Below are positions 20,693 through 31,668 of a stretch of 64,000 nt of DNA, one piece after another. The translations under genes and the position numbers were made by a program. This DNA is from an uncultured Planctomycetales bacterium (lineage in GTDB: Bacteria; Omnitrophota; Gorgyraeia; Zapsychrales; JAHFFX01): positions 48,823 through 112,822 of the forward strand of contig CAYXGG010000003.1 of assembly GCA_964464475.1 (NCBI GenBank), read 5' to 3'. The notes under the pieces are model-generated. The model was not told the DNA's origin, did not search any database, and worked only from the letters and a program-made list of their open reading frames with translations. The first letter of the stretch is position 1; each line of letters opens with the position of its first letter.

Positions 20693-21160
20693 ATGAAACG
20701 AACTAATTCTTCAATCAATCAAGAGAAAGAAAAACTTCGCTCCCACCTGGAGAAAGCAAAACTTCGCTTAACCAAAGGACGAGAAGCTGTATTTAATAAA
20801 ATTATCTCTTCCCACGGCCACTTCACCGCTGAAGAACTAGCCAAAGCTCTAAAAAGCGATGGGCAAAAAGTCTCGCGAGCCACCGTTTATCGTTCCATCA
20901 AGGAACATTTAGAAGCGGGTGTTATTAGAGAAACCGCCTTCGGAGACAAACATCATCACTACGAACACCTGTATGACGAGAAACAACATCATCACGCTCA
21001 ATGTTTACGCTGCCACCGGTTCATCGAATTTCCTGATCTAAAAGAGGACTCCATCTATCATCCTTACTTGGAAAAGCAAGGATTTAAAATATTAGGGCAT
21101 GAAATGCATTTTTACGGTATCTGCAAGAATTGTCAATCTCACGAAAACAAGGAATTTTAA
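20693..21160 (+). CDS. Fur-family metalloregulator (Fur, Zur or Mur; specificity undetermined).
   Basis: Winged-helix N-terminal domain followed by an HHHYEH...HHH...CxxC (C-x2-C near the C-terminus) metal-site pattern. It heads a metal-uptake operon. Confidence 0.78.
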   Translation: MKRTNSSINQEKEKLRSHLEKAKLRLTKGREAVFNKIISSHGHFTAEELAKALKSDGQKVSRATVYRSIKEHLEAGVIRETAFGDKHHHYEHLYDEKQHHHAQCLRCHRFIEFPDLKEDSIYHPYLEKQGFKILGHEMHFYGICKNCQSHENKEF

Positions 21161-22041
21161 TGAAACTAACCGCTATTCAACAAGTAATATTCATTATAGC
21201 TCTCGCTTTCATACTTGACGGGCAAGCGATCGCACAGCAACCGGAAGCAGACACTGTAAACAAAAGTCAATACCACTTATTTAACCCTACTCCCAAAATT
21301 AACCTTCGAGATCTTTCCACCGATCGACCCGACAAAACAGAAAGTGCCTACACGGTGGATGCGGGTCATTTTCAAATGGAAACCAGTTTCCTAGATTATA
21401 CTCGAGACAGACACAACAGTGATTCCACCCAAGAAGAAACAGACAATTTTGCTGTCATGGCCACTAATTTGAAAATCGGTCTTACTAATAATACAGATGT
21501 CCAATTGGTGATTGAACCCTATCATTATCAAAGCGCCTCCGATGACTCAGAAAAAACCCTCAAAAAAGGGTTTGGTGATATAACTACACGATTAAAATTC
21601 AATGTGTGGGGCAATGATGTTGGGAGTACCGCTTTTGCTTTGATGCCATTTGTAAAATTCCCAACTAATGGAGCTAATTTAGGCAACGATTCAGTTGAGG
21701 GGGGACTTATTTTACCTCTCGCCATCTCGTTACCGGGGGAATGGAAATTGGGTTTAATGGCTGAATTTGATGCCACCAGAAACAGCGAAGAAGACGGCTA
21801 TCATCCTGAATTCATTCAAAGCATTACGTTAAGCCACTCCATTTTAGGCCCATTGAGTGGCTATTTAGAATTCTTTTATCTTTATAACTCTGAAGAAGAC
21901 GCACAACCTATCGGAACAATTGATACGGGTCTTACTTATACCTTAACCGCTGACGTTCAATTAGATGCAGGCGTTAACTGGGGCGCAACTCGCGCCGCGG
22001 ATGATTTTAACCCTTTTTGTGGAATAGCTTGGCGCTATTAA
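21160..22041 (+). CDS. Outer-membrane beta-barrel channel of the 'transporter' (Phenol_MetA_deg-like) family. Probably the outer-membrane entry for the downstream metal ABC importer.
   Basis: A signal peptide follows the Met at 21160 (TAATG overlap with fur). Alternating amphipathic beta-strands, a TDRPD motif near the N-terminus, and a C-terminal aromatic residue. Confidence 0.55.
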   Translation: MKLTAIQQVIFIIALAFILDGQAIAQQPEADTVNKSQYHLFNPTPKINLRDLSTDRPDKTESAYTVDAGHFQMETSFLDYTRDRHNSDSTQEETDNFAVMATNLKIGLTNNTDVQLVIEPYHYQSASDDSEKTLKKGFGDITTRLKFNVWGNDVGSTAFALMPFVKFPTNGANLGNDSVEGGLILPLAISLPGEWKLGLMAEFDATRNSEEDGYHPEFIQSITLSHSILGPLSGYLEFFYLYNSEEDAQPIGTIDTGLTYTLTADVQLDAGVNWGATRAADDFNPFCGIAWRY

Positions 22042-22055
22042 TAATGGAGATACCG

Positions 22056-22988
22056 ATGAATAAAATATCATTTTTAATCAATAGACTCACATGGCCGCTT
22101 ATTCTTTTAGGGTCACTGCTTGTACAATCACCAACCCATGCAGCTGAGATCAAATTAATAAAAGTCGTTGCCACCACAGGTCAAATTGCTGATGCCGTTG
22201 CCCATATTGGCGGTTCTCTAGTTGAGGTTCAAGCTTTAATGGGGCCCGGGGTTGATCCGCATTTGTACCAAGCCAGCCAGGGAGACGTATTAAAACTAGC
22301 TACTGCTGAAATTATTTTTTATAACGGTTTGCATTTAGAAGCTAAAATGGGAGAAATCTTTGAGAAAATGGGCCGCAAAATTAAAACTGTTGGCCTGGGC
22401 GACCATTTACCTACAGAAAAACTTTTAAGTAGTGATACTTTCAGCAATCAGCACGACCCACATATCTGGTTCGATGTTCCCCTATGGAGCCAAGCCGTTG
22501 AGAAAATCAATACATCGCTTCAAACAGTTGATCCTAAAAATAAAGAAATTTATGAATCTAACTTTCAAAAATACCGAGAAAAACTTACGAAGCTCCATGC
22601 CTTTTGCGAAGCCAAAATTAGCGAGGTACCGGAGTCCCAACGAGTATTGGTCACGGCCCATGACGCTTTTCGCTACTTTGGCCGCGCGTACGGATTTCAA
22701 GTTTTAGGATTGCAAGGCATTAGTACTGAATCGGAAGCCGGGACTGCGGACGTTAAAAACCTCGCCGATTTTATTGCTCAACAGAAAATCAAAGCGATCT
22801 TTGTTGAATCCTCTGTTCCCACCAGAAATATTCAAGCGGTTCAAGAAGCAGTGAAGTCCAGAGGCTGGGAAGTCAAAATTGGAGGAGAGCTATTCTCTGA
22901 CGCCCTAGGTGCTCAAGGAACAGAAGAGGGAACCTACATTGGAATGGTGACGCATAACGTAACAACTATTACTAATGCATTAAAATGA
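22056..22988 (+). CDS. Metal (Mn/Zn/Fe) ABC transporter substrate-binding protein, TroA/ZnuA/YtgA family.
   Basis: Signal peptide and cluster-9 SBP fold with conserved His/Asp ligands (PHLY, HDPHIW). GGAGA ribosome-binding site. Confidence 0.82.
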   Translation: MNKISFLINRLTWPLILLGSLLVQSPTHAAEIKLIKVVATTGQIADAVAHIGGSLVEVQALMGPGVDPHLYQASQGDVLKLATAEIIFYNGLHLEAKMGEIFEKMGRKIKTVGLGDHLPTEKLLSSDTFSNQHDPHIWFDVPLWSQAVEKINTSLQTVDPKNKEIYESNFQKYREKLTKLHAFCEAKISEVPESQRVLVTAHDAFRYFGRAYGFQVLGLQGISTESEAGTADVKNLADFIAQQKIKAIFVESSVPTRNIQAVQEAVKSRGWEVKIGGELFSDALGAQGTEEGTYIGMVTHNVTTITNALK

Positions 22989-23001
22989 TTGAGGCTTACC
23001 T

Positions 23002-23760
23002 ATGGAAAACTCTAAAATTATAGTTCCGGCCATTGAAGTGACGGACTTGACCGTTGCCTACCGAGAACGTCCTGTGCTTTGGGACGTCGATTTTAAAGCC
23101 TTGCAAGGGACCTTACTAGCTATCGTTGGTCCCAATGGAGCCGGAAAATCTACCTTAATCAAAACCATTCTGGGGCTCATTACTCCGGCTGCTGGACAAG
23201 TCTTAGTATTCGGAGAACGTTACAACGCGCAGTCCCGCATGATTGGTTATGTACCGCAACGCGGTAGTGTTGATTGGGACTTCCCGACGACAGTTCTGGA
23301 TGTCGTGATGATGGGACGCTATGGTCATCTGGGATGGTTTAAGCGCCCTGGAAAAAATGAGCAAACCTTGGCGATTCAATGTTTAGAGAAAGTCGGCATG
23401 GCAGATTTTATCAATCGGCAAATCAGTCAACTATCAGGCGGCCAACAACAACGCGTCTTTATTGCGCGTGCTTTTATTCAAGACGCGCCAATCTACCTCA
23501 TGGACGAACCGTTTGCTGGAGTGGATGCGACCACTGAAAAAAGCATTATCACCTTGTTGAGAGAGCTGCGTTCGAAAGGAAAAACCGTAGTCTGCGTTCA
23601 TCACGATTTAGAAACCTTAAAAGAATATTTTGATTGGGTCATGCTTCTCAACGTCCGCTCCGTTGCCCTGGGCCCAGTCAACGATGTCCTCACTCATGAC
23701 AATTTACGCCGAGCTTACGGAGGCCGCGCCATTTTCTTAGGTAGCGCTAAAGAAAGTTAA
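23002..23760 (+). CDS. Metal ABC transporter ATP-binding protein.
   Basis: Walker [10 protein letters not shown], signature LSGGQQQR and Walker B LMDEP. Confidence 0.88.
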   Translation: MENSKIIVPAIEVTDLTVAYRERPVLWDVDFKALQGTLLAIVGPNGAGKSTLIKTILGLITPAAGQVLVFGERYNAQSRMIGYVPQRGSVDWDFPTTVLDVVMMGRYGHLGWFKRPGKNEQTLAIQCLEKVGMADFINRQISQLSGGQQQRVFIARAFIQDAPIYLMDEPFAGVDATTEKSIITLLRELRSKGKTVVCVHHDLETLKEYFDWVMLLNVRSVALGPVNDVLTHDNLRRAYGGRAIFLGSAKES

Positions 23761-23762
23761 TT

Positions 23763-24893
23763 ATGTGGGAAATATTACAAACCATTCTTAGCGATTACAC
23801 CTTACAAATTGTGGCTTTGGGCGCCATCATTCTAGGCATAACAACAGGAAGTCTAGGTGCCTTTGCTGTCCTACGCCAACAAAGCTTGTTAGGTGATGCC
23901 ATTTCTCACGCGACTTTGCCCGGCGTTGGTTTAGCCTTTTTATTAACTCAAGAGAAATCACCTCTGGTGCTGTTAATTGGGGCCGCTCTCGCGGGCTGTG
24001 TAGGCACTTTTTTAGCCATGGCCATTGTTCGCACCACCAGAATCAAACAAGACACCGCGTTAGGAATGATACTTTCTGTCTTTTTTGGAGCGGGATTAGT
24101 GCTCTTGACCATGATCCAAAAGCTCCCGGATGCCAGCAAAGCAGGTTTAAACAAATTTCTTTTTGGCAACGCTGCCACTTTACTCAAAAGCGATATTTAT
24201 CTCATGAGCTTTTTAGCACTCATTGCTTTCACTATCATGCTCTTTAATTGGAAAGAATTTAAGATTTTGGTCTTTGATTATGATTACGCGCGGAGCATTG
24301 GGTTACCGGTTCGACGTATTGAATTCTTACTAACGGGCCTCATGGTGCTAGCTATTGTTTTGGGTTTACAAATGGTAGGGGTAGTCCTCATGAGCGCGAT
24401 GCTGGTCGCTCCCGCCGCTGCCGCGCGCCAATGGACGGATCGCCTCAGCGTAATGGTTATTCTTTCTGCCATCTTCGGTGCCTGCGCTGGTTGCCTGGGC
24501 GCCTTAACCAGTAGCCTGATTCCTAACTTACCCACGGGACCCACCATCGTTGTCTTTGTAAGTTTCTTTGTTTTAACTTCCTTAATTTTTGCGCCTAACC
24601 GAGGGCTACTCTGGGACTGGTTTCGCGTTCAGCAACAACGCAAACGAATTTCTGCATCCATGATTCTCAAAAGTATGCTCATTTTTTCTCAAAATCATGT
24701 GGATCCCTATCATCCGCATGACATCGCTGCGATCAAAAGCTTAGGTCTTAAAACCATTGAGCAAAATATTAATGATCTACAAAAGCATGGCTGGGTCAAA
24801 CGCTGTGCTCATAATCAATGGGCACTAACCGCGCCCGGGCTGGAAGAAGCCAAAAGAGTCACTCTGGAATTTGCGGAAGGATCTCATGCTTAG
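23763..24893 (+). CDS. Metal ABC transporter permease fused to a C-terminal winged-helix (DtxR-like) DNA-binding domain, resembling chlamydial YtgC-YtgR.
   Basis: About 285 aa of TroC/MntC-like permease followed by about 90 extra residues (..LKTIEQNINDLQKHGWVKR..WALTAPGLEEAKRV) that resemble the DtxR/MntR N-terminal wHTH. Confidence 0.7.
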   Translation: MWEILQTILSDYTLQIVALGAIILGITTGSLGAFAVLRQQSLLGDAISHATLPGVGLAFLLTQEKSPLVLLIGAALAGCVGTFLAMAIVRTTRIKQDTALGMILSVFFGAGLVLLTMIQKLPDASKAGLNKFLFGNAATLLKSDIYLMSFLALIAFTIMLFNWKEFKILVFDYDYARSIGLPVRRIEFLLTGLMVLAIVLGLQMVGVVLMSAMLVAPAAAARQWTDRLSVMVILSAIFGACAGCLGALTSSLIPNLPTGPTIVVFVSFFVLTSLIFAPNRGLLWDWFRVQQQRKRISASMILKSMLIFSQNHVDPYHPHDIAAIKSLGLKTIEQNINDLQKHGWVKRCAHNQWALTAPGLEEAKRVTLEFAEGSHA

Positions 24894-25998
24894 CCCCCAA
24901 ATTGAAATAATCATTTTAGCGTGCCTGGTTGCTGTAGCCTGCGCGCTACCAGGAAATTTTCTAGTGTTACGGCGCGTTTCTTTAATGAGTGACGCAATCA
25001 GTCATTCGATACTTTTTGGCATTGTCATCGCTTTTTTTATTTCCCAAAATTTAAAATCTCCATTGATGGTGGTAGGCGCGGCTCTCACTGGGGTTCTAAC
25101 CGTTAGCCTGACCGAACTTGTAATCAGGACTCGCAAGTTAAAAGAAGACGCAGCGATTGGTTTGGTTTTTCCACTATTATTTTCATTGGGTGTGATTCTT
25201 ATTAATCTATTCGCCAAACATGTCCATTTGGATACTCAATGCGTTTTAATGGGGGAGATCGCCTACGCGCCATTCGACCGTCTTTTATTAGGCACGCACG
25301 ACCTAGGCCCGTTAGGATTTTGGTCGGTGGGAAGCATTTTAGTGCTTAATTTGTTATTCGTGCTTTTGTATTACAAAGAATTAAAAATCTCTACGTTTGA
25401 TCCTGGGTTAGCCGCCAGTCTTGGCTTTCGTCCTGCCTGGATCCATTATGCCTTAATGACTATCGTTAGTATTACGGCCGTGGGAGCTTTTGAATCAGTA
25501 GGATCCATCTTGGTGGTCGCTTTGATGATCGTGCCTCCGGCGACGGCATACCTGTTAACGCATCGCCTTTCCCACATGCTCATGATCAGCGCGATCGTGA
25601 GTATTCTATCGGCGATTTCAGGATATTTTCTCGCGAAATCTTGGGACGCAAGTATTTCTGGTTGCATGGCACTGATGAGCGGCGTTTTCTTTGTAGCCGT
25701 TTGGATCTTTGCCCCGGAACAAGGACTGCTAGCTCGTTTTGTTTTACTCCGATTCCGACAATTGGATTTTGCTTCCCAAATGCTTGCCGTGCATCTTTTG
25801 CAAAGCGAACTCACGCACGCGGAAGAAACTGAAAGCATTGTCGGGCACATGCGCAACCACATGTCCTGGCAAGACGATTTCACCTCAACCGTTATCGCAC
25901 AGTGTATTGAAGAAGGTCTCATCAAGAAGACCGGCAACAAGCTTAGTCTAACTTCCTATGGTCGCGAAAAAGCCAAGAACACCTTAATTAAAAGTTGA
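24886..25998 (+). CDS. Second metal ABC transporter permease, also carrying a C-terminal winged-helix (DtxR-like) extension.
   Basis: ATG with a GGAAGGA ribosome-binding site and an 8-nt overlap with the upstream gene. The track ORF begins at 24871 on a TTG. The C-terminal tail ..VIAQCIEEGLIKKTGNKLSLTSYGREKA is wHTH-like. Confidence 0.7.
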   Translation: MLSPQIEIIILACLVAVACALPGNFLVLRRVSLMSDAISHSILFGIVIAFFISQNLKSPLMVVGAALTGVLTVSLTELVIRTRKLKEDAAIGLVFPLLFSLGVILINLFAKHVHLDTQCVLMGEIAYAPFDRLLLGTHDLGPLGFWSVGSILVLNLLFVLLYYKELKISTFDPGLAASLGFRPAWIHYALMTIVSITAVGAFESVGSILVVALMIVPPATAYLLTHRLSHMLMISAIVSILSAISGYFLAKSWDASISGCMALMSGVFFVAVWIFAPEQGLLARFVLLRFRQLDFASQMLAVHLLQSELTHAEETESIVGHMRNHMSWQDDFTSTVIAQCIEEGLIKKTGNKLSLTSYGREKAKNTLIKS

Positions 25999-26051
25999 AT
26001 CTGGCCTAACAAGCACTATAATTTGGTTTGCAGTCACGAAAGGGCCACAGC

Positions 26052-27239
26052 ATGGAATTTATTAATCGAGTCACTTTGCAAACCGAAATAGAAAAAATTA
26101 TTCCTGAATTAACCGCAGGACTTCAAGAAAACTACGATATTGGCTTTTTGTTCATTTCTTCATTCAGCAAAACGACTCAAGAAGAAATAGTTGAGCAGCT
26201 CTCGCGCCGCCTTAGAATCACCCACCTGTTAGGATGCACGTGCGCTGGCATTATTAGCTCAAACACCGAAGTTGAACATCGCCCGGCTACCTCGCTCATC
26301 TTAGGCAAAATGCCCGGCATTAAAATTTCTCCTTTTAACATTAATCAAACCGACCTAGATAATCTGACAACTCCTGAAGACTGGTTCAACTTTCTTGAAG
26401 TCTACCCAAATGAAAAACCAAATTTTATCGTTTTACCGGATCCTTTTCAATTTGACATGAATTCTTTCCTACGTAGCCTCAATAAAATCTACCCTGGCAG
26501 CAGTGTCGTGGGTGGTTTGGCTTCCGGCGCGTATCAACCTCTAGAAAACACCTTATTTTGCAATCATCAACTTTATCAAGAAGGTTTAGTCGGCGTGATT
26601 CTCACGGGAGGCGTGCACATTGAAACAATCGTTTCACAAGGATGTCGCCCGATCGGCGAAACATATATTGTCACTAAATCTGAAGGCAACCTCATCCATG
26701 AGCTAGCCGGGAAGCCATTCGTTGAAATATTGCAAGCCGTCTTACATAAGGCGTCTGCCAAAGATAAATTATTGGCCCAAGAAGCAATTTTTGTCGGGAT
26801 CGCCATGAATGAATACCAAGAAAAGTTTAAACGCGGGGACTTTCTCATCAGGGGCGTCATCGGCGTTGACCGCCATTCTGGTGCGGGAGCGATTGCCGAT
26901 TACATCAAATCAGGTCAAACAGTTCAGTTTCATATTCGCGACGCTCAGACCGCTGCGGAGGACCTCAATGAGCTCTTAAGCGCACAACAAGCCAAAATGA
27001 ATAAACAAAAACCAAAGGGGGCACTGGTTTTTTCTTGCAATGGACGTGGCGAGAATTTGTTTCGGCAACCGCATCACGACATTCAAATTATCCAGAAATT
27101 TCTGGGACCGATTCCCGCCGCTGGATTTTTTTGCGCAGGAGAAATAGGACCGGTTTGCCAAAACAATTTTTTGCATGGATTTACCAGTAGTATTGCCTTA
27201 TTTTACCCGTCTTCATCTATGGGTAATTCAAAGGATTGA
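26052..27239 (+). CDS. FIST-domain sensor protein (FIST_N plus FIST_C).
   Basis: The C-terminal GFFCAGEIGP motif is characteristic of FIST_C. About 395 aa with no TM segment or output domain. Confidence 0.6.
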   Translation: MEFINRVTLQTEIEKIIPELTAGLQENYDIGFLFISSFSKTTQEEIVEQLSRRLRITHLLGCTCAGIISSNTEVEHRPATSLILGKMPGIKISPFNINQTDLDNLTTPEDWFNFLEVYPNEKPNFIVLPDPFQFDMNSFLRSLNKIYPGSSVVGGLASGAYQPLENTLFCNHQLYQEGLVGVILTGGVHIETIVSQGCRPIGETYIVTKSEGNLIHELAGKPFVEILQAVLHKASAKDKLLAQEAIFVGIAMNEYQEKFKRGDFLIRGVIGVDRHSGAGAIADYIKSGQTVQFHIRDAQTAAEDLNELLSAQQAKMNKQKPKGALVFSCNGRGENLFRQPHHDIQIIQKFLGPIPAAGFFCAGEIGPVCQNNFLHGFTSSIALFYPSSSMGNSKD

Positions 27240-27284
27240 AAGTATTTGAATTGTGTGTTATATCTTGCAGTGAGGAAATCACTT

Positions 27285-27656
27285 ATGAATACGCCAAATC
27301 AGAATCAAACAACATCCGAGACTCGTACCAAATCCATTATTGAGCTGACCCCTGCGGCTATTAATAAAATCAAAGCCATGATGGATAAAGATGGCAAAGC
27401 TGACCACTACTTAAGAGTCGGGGTTCTAACAGGAGGGTGCGCTGGGCTTTCTTATGACATGAGTTTTCAGAAAAAAGTATTTGATAACGATTATACGGAT
27501 GAACAGGGCGGTATAAGAATCGCCATTAACGAAGACTGCGAAACATTTTTGTCCCGAGTTAAAATTGACTATGTTGATTCCTTAAAAGAAAGCGGCTTTA
27601 AATACATCAATCCTAACGCCAAAAGCAGCTGCGGATGCGGCACATCCTTTAGTTAA
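27285..27656 (+). CDS. erpA: Iron-sulfur cluster insertion protein (A-type carrier, ErpA/IscA/HesB family).
   Basis: About 123 aa after the internal ATG, which has a GAGGAA ribosome-binding site. Conserved Cys in GGCAGLSY and the C-terminal SSCGCGTSFS. Confidence 0.8.
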   Translation: MNTPNQNQTTSETRTKSIIELTPAAINKIKAMMDKDGKADHYLRVGVLTGGCAGLSYDMSFQKKVFDNDYTDEQGGIRIAINEDCETFLSRVKIDYVDSLKESGFKYINPNAKSSCGCGTSFS

Positions 27657-27730
27657 TTCCAACCCAATTATCTTTAACCGCTATTAAAGTTGCGCTCCCA
27701 GAGGGGGCATATTATAATGGCCCCGTTTAA

Positions 27731-29563
<1,833 letters not shown>

Positions 29564-29586
29564 TTTAAACGTATTCAATAAAATCA

Positions 29587-29623
29587 AAAAGCCCTTTTCA
29601 ATAGAAAAGGGCTTTTTGGTTTT
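29587..29623. terminator. Bidirectional rho-independent terminator between the convergent thiC and flavoprotein genes.
   Basis: GCCCTTTT/AAAAGGGC stem flanked by an A-run and a T-run (AAAAAGCCCTTTTCAATAGAAAAGGGCTTTTTGGTTTT). Confidence 0.7.
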
Positions 29624-29639
29624 CACATACAATAAGTGT

Positions 29640-31472
29640 TTAAGAAATAACTGCCGCCGGATCCATCGCAAACATCTGACGATTTGCATCAATCAATTCT
29701 TCCAATTTCTTCTTGTAAGAAGCCAACTCTAAAATCATTCTTTCACGATACTCTAATGATTCTTCAAGCATTTTTGGAATAATGAGCCTGTAGTACTCAA
29801 TTCCCTCTAATAAATTCTTTTTGAATTCAACAAAATATTCAACCTGCTTTTGCGTAGGCTCTAAGACTTTGGAGACTTCTTTCTGCAAATACTCAATGTA
29901 AAGATTTAACTCTTTAATAAATAAATTCGGTCTATAAGTCTCATTAAGCAAATTGCAACGACCATAAATATGATCCACCATTTCCTTAAGGGTGGCAATT
30001 TTAGAAAAATAAGCAATATTGGGGCCAGGGCATACAGCGCCGAACCGTTTAACCCATTCCTTGCCAATTTTCTTAATGACCATAACCCCTTCACCCAGAT
30101 CATTACAAATGCAGGCTTTATTGACAACTGAATCAAAAATACGTTTAAAATGACGCGGCTCAAGATTAAGTGCCGACACCTGATCCAATTTCAATTTCTG
30201 ATATTGCCGTGATGCCGTACAGATGGGCAGTTTTGTAAATTCTGTATTAGAAACCAAATATCCTTTCGGACAGGGGCTTCCCGGACGACCAGCGAGGACA
30301 CGTCTTTCTTTTTCTAACTCGCTACTGGATTTTCGTAGCGTGTGGAAGGGGACCCCTAAAGGAGAGATATCACTTAAATAGACATCTTGCTCCCCCGCAC
30401 TTGCTAATTTCTGCAACGTATCCTCTTCGACATTGGTCACTTCAGGCACCAACAAAAACGGCGTTCCCCAGCCAGTGCTGTCTAATTGAAAGAATTCACG
30501 CAAAAATTTATCTTCTTTAGCAGTTCCAATTCCACCCTGGGCTGTGATTTTCATTTGCGGGGTCACCAAAAAGGGGGCCAGTGACTTCGCCTTTAACGCC
30601 TCGTTACAAATACCCTGCAGCATAACTTGCAATTCATCACGTCTATTTTTGAACTCCTCCATGATAGGACCAAACAAAAACCCATCTGAAGCGAAAGCGT
30701 GCCCACCACAGTTTAAACCCGACTCAATTCTAAATTCTGAAACCCAAATACCTTTTTTAGCTAAAAATTTTCCCTGTGTTAAAGCCGAACGAAAATCACT
30801 TACTTTTAAGGTAATTTTTTTCTTGATGTACCCAGCGACATCGGCGTAGAAATCTTTAAATTCTTCAATATAACCATACAAACGACGATTAAAACCGGCG
30901 GAAAAAATGATAGAGGCGGCAAGTTCACTTTTAGCAAATCCGCGTAACGCAGCCAACGCATCGGAATACTCAGCAGGCAACTCATTTCCATCCTTATCAA
31001 AATTAGGGCGATCTAGCTTCGTCATAATATTGACATTGATATCCCCCTTACGTAAGGACTGACGAATAGCCATCTGCAATTCTTCTTTAGCCAAAGGATC
31101 TTTTGATCGCGACATGATCAAATAGAGATTCTTTAAGGGAGAATTATCAGGGAGTAATTCGCAATATTTGGTAATTTCACTACCCGGCTCAAAAGGAGAC
31201 TTTTTAAGCTCTTCAAATTGACGTTGAACAATCCGATTCAATAAATTTAAATATTCCGTAATGCGGCGAGCGCGGAAATCATGCTCCTCTTTTGTAATAG
31301 GAACATAGGTTTCACCGCTTTGTTCACAGTAATGTCGACGCATGTCCTCTATCAAAACATCATCAACTAACGAAATAACCGAGGAGATGCCGTAACGGGC
31401 TACTTTAACGGGAGTATCGATCGAAAAACCCGTCCCCATGACGGGGATATGAAAGGAGTGAATGGGTTTCAT
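29640..31472 (-). CDS. Large uncharacterised flavoprotein-like enzyme with an NMO/FabK-type FMN TIM-barrel core, a roughly 190-aa insertion and a Cys-rich C-terminal domain.
   Basis: N-terminal HIPVMGTGFSIDTPVKVARYGISSV and later ITAQGGIGTAKEDKFLREFFQLDSTGWGTPFLLVPE resemble the FMN/phosphate-binding motifs of nitronate monooxygenase/FabK. The C-terminal 250 aa carry CPKG, C(I)C and CPGP Cys clusters. The track ORF starts at a TTG (31508), so the ATG at 31472 was chosen. Confidence 0.4.
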   Translation of the reverse strand: MKPIHSFHIPVMGTGFSIDTPVKVARYGISSVISLVDDVLIEDMRRHYCEQSGETYVPITKEEHDFRARRITEYLNLLNRIVQRQFEELKKSPFEPGSEITKYCELLPDNSPLKNLYLIMSRSKDPLAKEELQMAIRQSLRKGDINVNIMTKLDRPNFDKDGNELPAEYSDALAALRGFAKSELAASIIFSAGFNRRLYGYIEEFKDFYADVAGYIKKKITLKVSDFRSALTQGKFLAKKGIWVSEFRIESGLNCGGHAFASDGFLFGPIMEEFKNRRDELQVMLQGICNEALKAKSLAPFLVTPQMKITAQGGIGTAKEDKFLREFFQLDSTGWGTPFLLVPEVTNVEEDTLQKLASAGEQDVYLSDISPLGVPFHTLRKSSSELEKERRVLAGRPGSPCPKGYLVSNTEFTKLPICTASRQYQKLKLDQVSALNLEPRHFKRIFDSVVNKACICNDLGEGVMVIKKIGKEWVKRFGAVCPGPNIAYFSKIATLKEMVDHIYGRCNLLNETYRPNLFIKELNLYIEYLQKEVSKVLEPTQKQVEYFVEFKKNLLEGIEYYRLIIPKMLEESLEYRERMILELASYKKKLEELIDANRQMFAMDPAAVIS

Positions 31473-31668
31473 AATTTTTGTTTGGCCGATACCGATAGGC
31501 ACACACAACTATAATCTAAAGTACTCAAAACGCAAGAAAAATATTCCTCTTTTTAATTTCTTAAATATACAATATTTCAGTAGTTTAGCATCAGTTAAAA
31601 CACTAACATTCCCATTGAAATAATACACTTTTGTACTAAAATACGACCAAAATTCAAGAAAGGTTTTT

